From assembly GCF_036321535.1 (NCBI RefSeq), contig NC_087462.1, forward strand, positions 23,932,001 through 23,996,000: 64,000 bases of DNA. The letters are read 5' to 3'. Of the stretch, positions 47,201 to 59,820 are shown piece by piece (the first letter of the stretch is position 1; every line of letters begins with the position of its first letter). The position numbers and the translations under genes were made by a program. The notes under the pieces were generated by a model that was given only the letters and a program-made list of their open reading frames with translations, had not been told where the DNA came from and ran no database searches. The DNA comes from Camelus dromedarius. Its lineage: Eukaryota.

Positions 47201-50200
47201 GTGCTCAGAGAGGAGGAGAAACAGCCTGGGGAAGGGCCAGGGGCTGGTCAGAGAGAGCCAAGGACAAACCTGGATTGAGGGGAGCAGTCAGGCTTGGACC
47301 AAGGCAGGACAGTGTCCAGGCTGAGTGTCCCAGCTGATAACAAGCTGGTTTGGAGCAGGATGGAGCCGTTTTGGGGAGCCGGGCCATCTGGAAGAGCAGA
47401 GCCCCAGACTGGGTGGAGGCATGGCCTTGGTGGCAGAGGGTCTTGTCCCATCAAGGCAGCCCTCCGTTTCCCCGAGCATCAGCTGCTCCAGCTGCTTGTC
47501 TCCCCGCACCTCCCACCAGAAGAGTGGAAGGAAGGACACCAGGCAGCCCACGAGGCAGCTTCATGGAGTGAAGGCAGGCCTTGGGCCTTGCCTGGGCTCC
47601 AGTCCCCTCTCTGAGCCACAGCTTCCACACACCGGGTATCCTGAGGGTCAGACGCCCCAGCACTGTGCCCAGAGGCGCTCGGTTCCTGCAGGCTCCCTCC
47701 CCTGCCTGATCAAAGCCATGGAATTCACCAGAGGTTTTCAACGCCTTCTGCCCTCCTTGAAGCCCCACAGCTGTTTACAAGCCTGAGTTCTGCTTTGAAT
47801 CACTCCTTCCCAGTGCAGATCGGCGGAGCTCCAGGGCGTGTGGGAGCAAACAAAGCCCTGCACAGCGTGAAGGGCAGGCCAGGTGGAGGGAGAGCCCCCC
47901 TCACCCGCCCCCCGCCCCCCGCCCCCTGCCATGCTGACCCAGCCCTTGGCCTCACGCAGGGTCCCGAGCAGCCCAGAGACTTGGCTGCCTCACCTGTAAA
48001 ACAGCGATCAGGCCATTCTATCAAATGACGAGTTCAACACGGGTCCCTGCTCGGTCCCCTCTGTCTCCTCCCCCAGGCCAACCCCAGACGTGCGACCCTG
48101 CTGGCCAGCGCACAGCACACACCAGAGGCGAGCCGCGCTGAGAGAGGACTTCCGAGCAGCAGGCGGTGGGACTCCCCGCTGGACCACCGCCGACATCTCT
48201 TACCTTTGTGGGTTTGCTCCCTCCTTCCCTCCCCACCGTTGAGTATTTCCTAAGCAGCATTTCGAGAGAGTCATCTTTTGAGAAATATTAACCAGAATGG
48301 CAAAGCAGGGGAGGTTTCTCAGGGAAGTAAGTTGGGGCCCGTGGAGTATGGTGACGTCATCCCTGGAGCTTTTCAATGTCCACCAGGGAAGAAGCCTCCA
48401 AGGGACCGTCCCCTCTGTCCCCTCCGCGCGGGGCTGGCTCTGCCCCTCCCTGTTAGCTGTGGCTCAAGCCTCCCACAATTGGCGAGAATATCCGTTGAAC
48501 TGAACGAAATCAATACACTGGCCGTGTTTGGGTGATGACAGGAGTCAATGCTCAGACCGGCCGGAGCTGGGTGACTGTCTTGCTTTCTGGAAGTAATTAA
48601 TGCTGATGGCCCCCGTTGGGGAATGGAGGCCTCAAAATGCACGAGGCCGGGGCCCCCTGGATGAGGGGGCTTACCAGGATTATCAGTCCAGGGCCCAGTA
48701 ATTATGGCCCAGATGTTGACAATTCATCAAATTACAAGGCTCTGGGGGGCCGGGGTCCCAGCCTGGGTCGTGTACATTCCTGCGTGAAGGCTCTCTCATT
48801 ACGCTGCCCCATGGGCAAGGGGGTGGGTGGGCAGCCCCCCAGGGCAGGTCAGCACCATGTGGTTCTGGTTTCTCAGGCCAGGCCGTTTGCACACACGTGG
48901 GCCACAGCGAGACTGCTCCGGCTGAGCAATTTCCCAGACTCGAATTCCCCCCGAGGGTAAGGGAAGAAAGGACCCCCACTTCTTATGTCCAGCCTGGCTG
49001 CAGCAGGGGCCTTGGTGGTGGCACATGACTCCTCCTGGGGAGCCCCTCCTCTGGATCTGGGGCTCCCTGTAGAGTGGGCCCTGCGGTCACAGCCAGCTGT
49101 GGGGGGGTTCTGTGCAGGCGGGGAGGCCTGCCTTGCCCTGCCCTGCCCTACCCTGACTCCTTGGCCCGCCCCCGCTGCCCCCTCCCACTCCACGTCTGTA
49201 CAGCAAAGGGCTGGGCCAGGGCGGGGCTGGCCGGGAGCCAGGCTTGGTTTGGTTTGGTCCACGCAGTTTAAAAACAAAACAAAACAAAACTGAAAAACCA
49301 AAACTAACCGAATGAGTTTGCGTCATTTAAAAACTGTGATGTTTCACATAAACATCTGGAGTACGGACTTTCTGTGAAAAACTGCAGATCTCACACTTGG
49401 GGGCCACGGCTCCTTTAGCACCGCCCCCAGCCACAGGCTCCACCCTACCCTGTGGCCTCACACCTGGCCCCGCTGCCCCATTGAGGCCACCTGCCAGCTC
49501 TGGAGGGGGCATCTAGGTTTGTAACCCTTGGCCAAGAAAATATCTGGATCTCTTTGAGCTCTGCAACTCTGTGAGGCCAGCTGGCTTCTATTCTGCGGGG
49601 AGGGCATGCTCGGTGACTCCCCTGCGTGCGCTGGAAGCAATCGCCCGTGTGTCCTTATACATCATGGCTAGAAGAGGTGGTGCCATGCCTTTGAACCGAT
49701 CCCCAAATACCTGCTTCAGTTACACACTGGCCTGTTACATGATGACCCTGTCAGGTATCAGGAGAAATTGTTCCTGGGTGGGTGGGGTGAAGGGGAGTAA
49801 CCGGCCTGACTCCCACTGGGTGTGGGAGGATGGAAGGTGGATCCGTGAGTCGGACTTGTCTGCCTGAGAGCTGCCTCTGGCCCGGCGTCTCCAGCTCAGC
49901 CAGGTGGGGCTGGTCTGATGGAAGGCGAAAGAAAGAGCAGACAGGCTGGGGCACCCATCTTGGTGGCGGCCTCCGCTGGGGTGAAAATCTAGCAGGATGG
50001 ACCAGAGGGGTGACCATCCCAGTGTGGCTGGAACCACGCGCCTTGCAGCAGACATGGAGGCACTCTGCAGGGACCCCTGATGCCCCGGGCTGCACACCTG
50101 ATCTGCCCTCTGGCCTTCAGCCTCAGTCTGCAGGGCTGCTTCCCTGCTTCCTCCCAGCCTCACTCACGTTTGAATCTCTAGCCTCTCTGAAACCCTGGGC

Positions 50201-53200
50201 TTTGGTGTGGGCCCTCTTTGGTTTCCTTGGATGACACAATTGTCACCCACTCGTAATGGATTGGTTGGAATCTTTAAGAATCCAAAGACTTTGTATAGAA
50301 TTTGTGTTTCCAGTTTTTCTTGACATGTTGGAAGATGTGCTAATGGTCCACCTGCCTGGGCGGAGCTGCGGCGCCACCTTTAGATGGGGCACGTGCCCCC
50401 CTAGTTCAGCCCAAGCTCAACTGTTTCCTCCACTCTCGTGCACCCAGCCAGCCCCCTATTTCCTCACCTGGCTTGTGGGGTATCAGGGAGCTTGTGAGCC
50501 TGCAATTCTAGCTCTGAACCATCTCTCCAAACCATGTCCAAGTCCAGTCCCCCACCCACCCCTGCCTAGGAGTTGGCCTCTCTCCTGGACCAGCCTCCAC
50601 CAGCCTCCTTGCCTCCAGTCTCCACATACCCATCCTTCCTACCCAGCGAGGAGAGCAGGGGTTGCCCTGACTGCCACGGCCCTACCCTGAAGACCTTGGA
50701 GCGAGCTGCTTAACTTCTCTGGAGCCTGCTTCCTCCTCTGGAAAGTGAGCATGGTGTGGATGGAATGGCTCCAGCGTGGAGCTTGGCACCTGGGGATTGA
50801 ATGAGTGTGACTGTAATGCGCTGCGCCAGTTTAGGGGTAAGAATCCAGGAAATGGTGAGGAGCTCAAAGACACACACCTTTACCTTCTCATCTGGACATC
50901 ACTGACCCTGAGCATGGCCCTGTCAGTCAAGGACCGTTATTACCTCCGCTTTACAGATGATGAAATGGAAGCTTGGAGAGGCCAGGCATGGCCAGCTTGG
51001 CTTGGGACCCCAGCTTGAATCTTGTGCCTAAACCCCGCACCATTCCCATCTCCCCACCCCCCTCTGGCTTTAGCGGCACCTGTCACAGCCTCACCCCATC
51101 CTCAGGGCAGAGCTGCAGTGCCCCTTGGCCTGGTAGACAAGGACCCCTCCTCTGTCTCCACGGGCCTCCTTCCAGACTCACATGTCACCTCTGAGACGCC
51201 TTCCTCAACTCCCCCTCGTCCTGCACTGAGAAAATCCTGTTACTGACCCGCTGCTCTGTCTTCCTGATGCCTCCCTCCCCGCACTGACGGATCCTGAGGC
51301 TCCAGTGTCCCCCAGAGGCCTGGCTCTGAGGGATGTCTGTGAATCTTTGACGTGCCCCTCCCCCGGCCCCTCAAGCCGGGCTGTGCCATCCTGTCCCATT
51401 GAGGAGGCCAAAAGAGAGGCCTCGGTGGTGGAAGGACCTGCCCTTGTAGGGAAGATGACCCACTGGGGCCAGTCTCTCCCTAGATGCCCTTCCTGAAAGC
51501 CCTGGCTTGCACACCTTCAGTGACAGGGAACTCACTGCTTCCTGGGCAGCCTGATGGGTTTGCCAAGCTTTAGTTCAAGCCTGGCCCTTCCCAGGTAGGA
51601 GGCCACTGCAAGCTCACTCCACCTTGTGGCCCTTGGAGAGGCAGCCACCTCGCTCAATGAAGCTGGGCGCTCAGGGGCCCCCCTCCTATTCCCTCACCAG
51701 CCCGGCCTGTCTTGGGTGCACCCTCTCTCTGGACATTCCCCCGGCCGCTCCCCACTTGGTCTTTTCCAACCTTGGCTCACACCTCCCTTCCTTTGGGCGG
51801 CGCCCCGACACCGCCGCAGCCTGGGCCTGGGTAACAGACACTCTGCAGCAACCTGTGTTTTCTTGGTGCTGAACTGTGATTCTCTTTCCTGGGTTTATTT
51901 CCCACTATCTGTATCCCAAATGCCAAACAAGTGCCACATGCATAGCGAGAACACAGTAAATACTTGAATGAACCAACTGTCAAGTGAACTCTTCTGTGAA
52001 TCAATGTCCGTTTCCTGCTGGCCCCGGTGCCTGGCCTGGGAGCACTAGGGGGCGCCCTTGACCTGCTGAGGGCGCCAGTGGACCCCTGCCCTGGGCCACA
52101 GCCTGGGTGCCGGGCACTGGACACTGGCCAGAGAGGGGCCTTCACCCCAAGGCTCTTCCTGCTGGGGTGGCTGGCTGTCACAGGACCTGCCACCCACTGA
52201 ACCCAGCCTGTACACCGAGTGCCAGGGCTTTTGTCTACGGAGCCCCAAAGCCCACTCACTGCCCACCGTGTGGGCAGGACAGGGGGCCAGCCCCTGATTT
52301 CAGGAGACTCTGGGTGGTCCTGTTTCATACCCCAAATAACGGCTTTCTCTCAAGTCTGTTTACTCGGAGGCCCCGAGTCTGCCCCAGTGGCCTGGTGCAG
52401 GGCTGAGAACACGCTCTTCCTTGCCCGGACAGGGTGATTGGCTGCCTGGGGAAGTGGAAAGAGCCATCTACCCGTGTGGAAGGCACCACTCCGCAAAGAC
52501 GTAGCCACAGGCACACCCGGAAAGGGCAGGACAAACCCTGCTGGCTCCCCCGGGGCTGTCCCTGCTGAGAGCCCTCCCGGGGCTGGACACGGGGAGAGGG
52601 AGCCTCCAGAGAGGCTCGTATCTGGGGCCGGGTCTCCCCGGCCACTGCCTGGAGCATGCAAACAGCTACCGAGGGTAAGTGGGCATCTAGGAACTGGGCA
52701 GAGGAGCAGCAGCTCGGCCCTCCTGCCCTTTGGCTGCCCCACATGTGACCCTCGAGGAACATGGGCCCAAGGCCGGGCCAAAGAGCACCTGTGATGGGCT
52801 TCTGAGAGACCCTGGGGAGGGAGAGAGGAAAGGCCAGCTCGGTGGCCGTTTCCCTTGGGTCTCGCTGTGGTCCCCCGAGGTTCCAATCTGGGGGCCATTA
52901 GCAGGGGCTCGGGAAATCCACTTTGATCCCATCCCCGTTCCACCCGGGATCTGGGGGACCGCAGAGCAGCTCTGCAGGGGTCCGATGAGAATGGGATGAA
53001 AATGAGACGTAGGATGTTGAAATCTAAAAACAGATGAATTGGGGATATTACAGATGAATCGTTTAACTAATTACATTTTTACAATCAAAGCTGTTTTTGA
53101 ACTCCGAGAGTGCAAAAAAGCATATGAATGCGCGGTGCCCTGTGGTCTTTTTTGTTCACTTGATTAATTCCAAACAGTCTAACTGAGTTATTCATTTCAA

Positions 53201-54432
53201 AATTGGTCCCAGGCAGAGGCCCCGTCTCCTAGCCCACATTTCAGCTCAGAGTTTATGCTGTCCCCAGGGCCCAGGCTGTCGATGCCCCCACGACTGAGTC
53301 TGTGAGCAGCTCTTGTCTCCCCTCACCCACACCCGGGGGGGTCTCAACCAGATGGTGCCTGGGGACCTGGGTGCTGCCAAGCGTGAGGAGTTCCGGTTCT
53401 GGCCCCTCACCTGTCAGAGCCGGTCGGCAGCTCCCGCCAGCCCTCATTTGTCCAGTCTGCCCCCTTTCACTCCATTCTTTCTGGGACGTTCTTGGTTCAG
53501 CCGCCTGAAATGATTGTAGCTGCCTCCCACCTGGACCCCCTTCCTCCAGTCTCTGCCCTGCAACCAGGGAGGCCTTTCCAATATATACATCTGGCTGCAC
53601 CCTTCTGGGTGGGTGGGTGGGGGCCCCACTCAGCGTCATCTTCCCACCTTTCCCTGCCCTCCCTCAGTCACTGTCCCCGGGGCACATGGGACCACATCTC
53701 TCCCTCTGCCGCTTTTATTGTGCCTGTGTTGGTGGAATATGCCTTCCCACCTTGTCCTCCTGCCAAACTCCTACTCATCCCTCAAGACACACCCCCATTG
53801 TCCTTCTATGAGGCCTCCCCTGGTCCCAAGCAGACTTAGCCTCTCCTTCCTCCGTGGGGCCCAAGGCCCTGCCGGGTGCCTGACTGCCCTACACACGGTG
53901 CCACAAGGATCTCTATGTGGGAGGGTCTCACCGTGTGGGGTCTAGGGAGTCTTTAGGGGGAAGCCAGGCCCTGCGTGTTTGCCCTGGTGAGATCCGTAAA
54001 AGGGGCACAGCCACGCTCAGCTTCAGTTTTTCAATCCACAAAATGGACACAAATCATCATGTCCAGGGATAGGATGTCCTTTGAAACAGCGAAGGGCTGC
54101 ACAGATCCGATCCCCACCGTTCTCACCCAGGCCAAGCCTGGCACTTTGCAAACGTGGACACAGAACCAGAAGGGCTGAGTGGCTGCTGCGGGCAGGGGGT
54201 GGGGAAGGGCTGGGTCATGGCTGTGGTCCCCTGGCCTTGCCCTGCTTCACTCAGCTGCTCCCTGACAAGGACAGGACTGGCCAGGGAAATGCAGTCGGAC
54301 ATTTCGTCAGAGGGGGATGTTTTTCTTCCTAATTTCTCATGATCACTATGACACGGAGTATGGCTGAGGAACAGGAAAGAGGGCGGATGGAGAAATCGAC
54401 TTCTTTGTTTCAGTTAGACCTGAGTTTCTCTC

Positions 54433-54456
54433 CTTCTTCTTCTTCTTCTTCTTCTT
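54433..54456. repeat. (TTC)8 microsatellite
   Basis: Read directly. Confidence 0.9.
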
Positions 54457-54500
54457 TAAGGAAAGCAGGTTTGATTGTTTGGGGGTTTTTTGGGGGGAGG

Positions 54501-54590
54501 TATTTATTTATTTATTTGGAGGGACTGGGGATTGAACCCAGAGCCTCTGGCATGCTAAGCATGCACTCTACCCCTGAGCTACACCCTCCC
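54501..54590 (-). mobile_element. tRNA-derived SINE (Vic-1-like)
   Basis: Reverse complement with (TTTA)n tail; GGGGATTGAACCCAG B box, TGAGCTACACCC A box. Confidence 0.88.
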
Positions 54591-55279
54591 TCTCCCAGGG
54601 TTTTAATTTGATAATGGTGGGGGGTGGTGAAATGGGGAGAGAGCTCCAGCGCCAGGTCAAAATCGGGATGAGGAGGAGAAACAGAATATTCACTCCAAAT
54701 ATCTGTCCCTCTGGGTGGTGAGAGGAGAAAGACCCTCCTGCTGACGCCCGGCCAGTCTGTGCCCAGGCTGTTGCTGCAGCCTGCTTACTGACAGGGTGGC
54801 TGGTTTGTGAGCCTGGGTGCTAGTCTGGGCTTTGCCAGGCGGGTGGCCCTTGTGTCTCGGCCAAGTCCCATCAGCCTCTGAGCCCCGCTTCCTCCTCTGT
54901 CTAGCAGGGCTGAGATCGCCGACCCCCCCGGGGCCGTGGGGGCGTAAGCCCCCAGCAAGCACTGAGTCTGGGCGCTTGGCCCCTGGCACGTTGGAAAGGC
55001 TTCCGGGGGACGGAGCGGACAGTTCTTTCTCTGGTTCCTTCGGGAGGGGGAATCGCCCAGGCCCTGGCAAGGCAGCCTGTCTCTGGGGACGAGTGGTTTC
55101 GGTAACACAGAGCCAAGTTTCCTTGGCCTCCTGCCTGGGTCAGCCTCTCACCATGGCCCACAGGAGTCTACTCCAGGCAGTCCCGGAGACTTCCCCAGCC
55201 TCCCCTTCTACCGTTTCCCGCCCCTCGCTGGCCCACTCCAGCCGCACCAGCCTCGCATGTACCCCGGATGCACGATGCG

Positions 55280-55630
55280 GCTCCAGCCTCATGACCCATG
55301 CACTTCCTTTCTCCTCTGCCAGGAGCACTGATTTTCTTTCCCTCCAAGATTGCGGCATCTTTTCATCATTTAAGTCTCAGCTCAAATGTCATCTTCCCCA
55401 AGAGCCCTCTGATTATTTAATCCAAATTAGACCCACCCATCCGCCCGGCCAGACCCCTCATCACATCCCCTGCTTTCTTCTCAGTCTAGCACATTTCAGT
55501 TTGAAGCTGTCTTGTTGGTTCATTTTCTTGGTTGTTTCTCTCCTCCCCACCACAGACAAAAGCCTTGTCTCTCTTGTTTGGTGCTGGTCCAAAGGCCCAG
55601 AAAAGCCTCTGGCACAGACACAATGATTGA
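55280..55630 (+). mobile_element. L2 3' fragment
   Basis: TCAAGTCTCAGCTCAAATGTCATCTTCCC-like core, CCTGGCACA-like tail. Confidence 0.65.
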
Positions 55631-56589
55631 TGGTGTTTCCACGGTGGCAAGCCCCCCGGTGGACCCCAGGGCCTCTGCACTGGTAGTCCTCGCAGGGTTT
55701 CATCATCTCGATGTGCCTCTGGCCTCACGACCTAACACTCTCCTCAGACATTCAAATACACAGAAATATTAAGCCCTGGAAGACTTACCAAAAACACATT
55801 TTCCAAAAAATGTTTGAATTGTCTTCTGAAGGTGTAAAACAAACCAGAAAGTCGCTAAAGCTCAATGTTGAGATTTCAAAAAGTCCAAAAACCAGAAAAG
55901 AGGGAAAGGTGAGGGTTTGATGTTATAAGGCAGAGATAATGAGTCTAATGTTTTCTGTGCAAAAGTCAAGGGGTAGGCAAGACTGTAGCTTGCGTGAGAG
56001 GCAAGACTTTCTGTCTCAGACAGAAGCCACAATTTGGAAAGGAAACAAGAGTTTGTGATAAGAGACCTCTAAGAAGGTCACAGTGACCCTTAGTTGTTCC
56101 TCCCTCGCGATCTCATGGCAAATTGGCTGTTGGTCTCTCTCCTCCACAGCTCCCCAAAGACTGCAACTGGGTCTGATTCTCTTTGTGCTATCCTTCTGGA
56201 TTTGTTGAGCAGAACCAAGCCTATTTATGAGATGGTAAAATCACTTTATAAACATAAATGCTGCTTACTACCCTCACATGCAAGAGTGATGTGCCCAGGG
56301 TTCCTGCAGGTCCCACCTTGGACTCAAAATGTTCTGAGCTCAAAATGCCCCTTGTGCTGCTGATTCCATGATGTCTACTGCCCCTGGACCAACTGAGATC
56401 TGAAAGCTCTCAAGGGCTGGTGATTTCTTCTTTCAACGCTATACCTGCAATTCCAAGTGCTATCACCAGAGGGCAGTGAGGATCACACAAACTTTATGAA
56501 AACTAGTTTATATAATCTCTGAAGACTGCACTTCCAATGAAAACATACCCTAAATTAAAACAAGATCCATCCATCCATCCGTAGATTTT

Positions 56590-57190
56590 TACCTTATCAT
56601 ACCGGCATAGATTTAAAAGTATAATACCCATGGCTGGGCAGGGCTTGGGGAAACATGTAGCATGCGTGTGCTGTTGGTGGGGATGGAAGTTAGCGCAGCA
56701 TCCAGGAGGGCAATTTGGCAGCACACATCGAAAGCCTTGAACATGTGCAAACCCTTTGGGCCAGACATTCAACTTCTAGACATTTATTCTAAGGAGATAA
56801 TTGTGGAAATAAGCCTAGATTTATTCCCAGGATGTTGACTACAAGGGTGAGGGATTGTCAATACAAATATTAGGACGTGGAGACGAGTTAAACAGATGAC
56901 ATATCTGATAAAAGACTACGTAGCTACACGAATTCTTTATGATGTCGAGAAATCTCATGCTCTGTTAAGTGAAAACCGAGGCCACAAAAAAAGATTGTCC
57001 ACGGTGATCCCATTTTTAGAACAATAACTATAAAAACAAACTCACACATAAAACATTTGGGAAGAACAAACACCAAAACACTGAGAAGACTTATCTGTGG
57101 GTGGTAGGGTCATGGATGATTGTTTGTCTCCTTTTTTGTGCTTTTCTCTATTTTGGGAAGTTTTTTTTTTTTTTTTTTAATCATAAACAT
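56590..57190 (+). mobile_element. Old L1ME-type 3' fragment
   Basis: GCTGTTGGTGGGGATG, GGAGGGCAATTTGGCAG, CAACTTCTAG..ATTTATTCTAAGGAGATAATT, ATCCCATTTTT, CACCAAAA. Confidence 0.7.
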
Positions 57191-59055
57191 GCCTTTCTTG
57201 TCATCAGCAGAGAGCTATCCATGAACCCTTACAGCCCGAAGGACAGGCCGGTCGCTGCACCGGGAGGCTGCGGACAAGGTGGCCGCGGGCCCCTTTCAGC
57301 CCACAACCTGCCCCACAGATGTGCTTGGTCCCTATGCCCCTGTCCCCCCGCCACTCTGCTGGGTCCACATATGGACCTGGTTTCAGCTGGTCTCCTCAGA
57401 GGAGGGGCTGCCCTGGATTAATCCAGAACCACAACCACCCTGCCTGACTCTCTTCTTGCTTTTACTTCCTTTTAGGAAGTAACATGTTTTAGCACAAAGG
57501 AAAGAAAAAAAAAACACCTCCCTGAGGCCAGTCTCGAAGTTTACCAAATTGCAGAAAGAAACGGAAAAAAAAAAAAAAACTTTCTCTAAAACTGACCGTT
57601 CTCAAAGCCATTTTCCTTTCCAAATGCTGCCACTGTGTGTTGGTGGCTCAGAATGATTTCCTAAGCCTGTCTGCCCTCTCCTCGGGGCTTTGAGAGGGAG
57701 AGTATCACAGGGCCGTACGTGGGCTCTGCCATAATGTCTCTCTCCTCACTCCATTTAAGCCTCCAACTCTGTAGGTGCAATCTCCCCAGGTTCCGAGGGG
57801 CCGAGGACCCTGCCCGAGACCACACAGCCAAGCCGGGATTGGACTTGGGTCAGATGGACTCCAAGCCCGTGGATGCTCAGCACACAAGGTGGAGCTGGGG
57901 GCGGTCGTCCTCACCCCGGGACGACCACGTGGAGCCGTCTGTAAGCAGACGCCGGGCTGGGCGCCAGGCCCTCCGCAGGCGGAGAGATCTGGATTTCAGC
58001 TTAAAACACATGGGTCCCATGAGCCTACAGAATTCTCTTCTAACCTCCCCCTGCCCAATTCCCTCTTGCAGGGGAAGCCAGGCAGGGTGTCACCTCTACC
58101 CTGTGAGCCCACCAAAGGGACAGACAAGGGTGCTTGGAGGCACACAGCTGGGCGAGCCAGCTGGCTTCTGGCACTGGAGGCATGAGCACCTTGAACCCAG
58201 CAGCAGGCAAGTCCAACCCAGCCAGGAAAGATGCCTAGATCTGTGCAGAGATGGAGGTGTGCATGAAAACGAGGGCTGGTGACTTCAGGAAAGGGGGCAA
58301 CTGGCCCCGGGGTAATTGTGGGTGTGATGCCAGCTTCCCCTCACCCCTCACCCAGCCCGGCCTGCTCGGGGGTGCCCAGTGATGAGGAGCTTAAGAGGCC
58401 AAGGTCACTGGCTGCTGGGACTGCCTGCAAATGGGCAGTGGGGGAGGCTTGCTGGGCCCTGACTTGCTTCCTTCCCAGAAAGCTCCTAACTCCACACCAG
58501 GTGGACACACGCCACGTGCATCCCTCCCTTGGCCTCCCCGCCTCAAGTTCACAGGGTCTCATCTCTGGTCCAGGCTGGGTGACAAAAACCTCACACACTA
58601 AACCCCAGGCTTAATTCCCCATGATGGTCCCAGTAACCTGACACTGCTTGCTGTGACCTGAACCCCAGCACCCCTCCTCACAGGGAAGGATACATTCCTT
58701 AGCTTCACAGCTATGAGTGTGATTCAACTCCCAGCTGCTTAACGCTGCACGGGGCTCCTGCCTGTCCCTCACAGACCCTGCTGGCCACCCCCAGTCTGCT
58801 CGGCCCTGGAAGGAGAGGCTCTGTGCGGGGTGGACTGGACCCCCCGGCGACTACTCTGGTGTCCCCTGCTCCTTTCCTGGGGAAAGTGATTCCTGCCATC
58901 AGCCGGCATCCTCTCTGATGCTCAGAGCCAGGGAGAAAGAACTGCGTCACCATGTGCTCAGAGGAGACGACAGTGGGGGAAGAGGGAGGACACCCACTCA
59001 CCCAGCCACTGTCCACTCCCCTCTGGACACCTACCGTCAACAGGAACCTTGGGGG

Positions 59056-59149
59056 TGGGGTGGGTATAGCTCAGTGGTAGAGCGCGTGCTTGGCACGCAC
59101 AAGGGCGTGGGTTCAGTCCCCAGTATCTCCATTAAAAAAAGAAAAAAAG
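59056..59149 (+). mobile_element. tRNA-derived SINE (Vic-1-like) with TSD
   Basis: A and B boxes, A-tail; flanks AGGAACCTTGG / AGTAACCTTGG. Confidence 0.9.
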
Positions 59150-59730
59150 AGTAACCTTGGAGTATAAAAGGTAACTAGGTAATCCCAGAAGTGGTTCTCT
59201 CAGAGAGTTTCCAGTGCTCCTGAGCTGCTGAAGTGAGTGGGTCCAAGACACAAGGCTGAAAAGTTCCAGAAAAAATCTGTGGTTCCCCAAGACTCCAGCT
59301 GCCATGTCTAGGAATGGGGGCGGGGGGAGGGCTGACTCCTCCCTAATCTGGAAAAGCTGTTGGGGAGGTGGTGGCCCCCTGCCCCACCCCGTGTGCTCCT
59401 GTGGGATGAAGATGGGTCATGGCGGGTGTCACATTTCTAACTCCATCCAGAGCAGGATGTTTCTAGTCTGAGAGGCCAGGACGCTTGCTGCTGGGGCAGC
59501 CCGAGCCCCCCGGCTGCCCGGGAGATCCCAAACTGCACTCCAGGGAGAGCCCAGACCACGCTGGGCACGAAGTACGTAAAGTGCCCCGCTAAGTTACCGC
59601 CAAGTCTTAGAGGATGAGTGTGTGATGCATTTTGTGTAGCTGTCACCTCCTCAGTCTTTTTTTTTTTAAATAAATATAAAAATTTATTTTCCATTTCAGA
59701 GTTTTGTGTTGGTATGTAAAACTACTGAAC

Positions 59731-59820
59731 TTTTTTTTTTAAATGGAGGTGCTAGGGCTGGCACCCAGGACCTCATTCATGCCAGGCATGTGCTCTACAT
59801 CTGAGCTACTCTCCCTACCC
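59731..59820 (-). mobile_element. tRNA-derived SINE (Vic-1-like), more diverged
   Basis: T10-AAATGGAGGTGCT...CACCCAGGACCTC...TGAGCTACTCTCCC. Confidence 0.8.
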
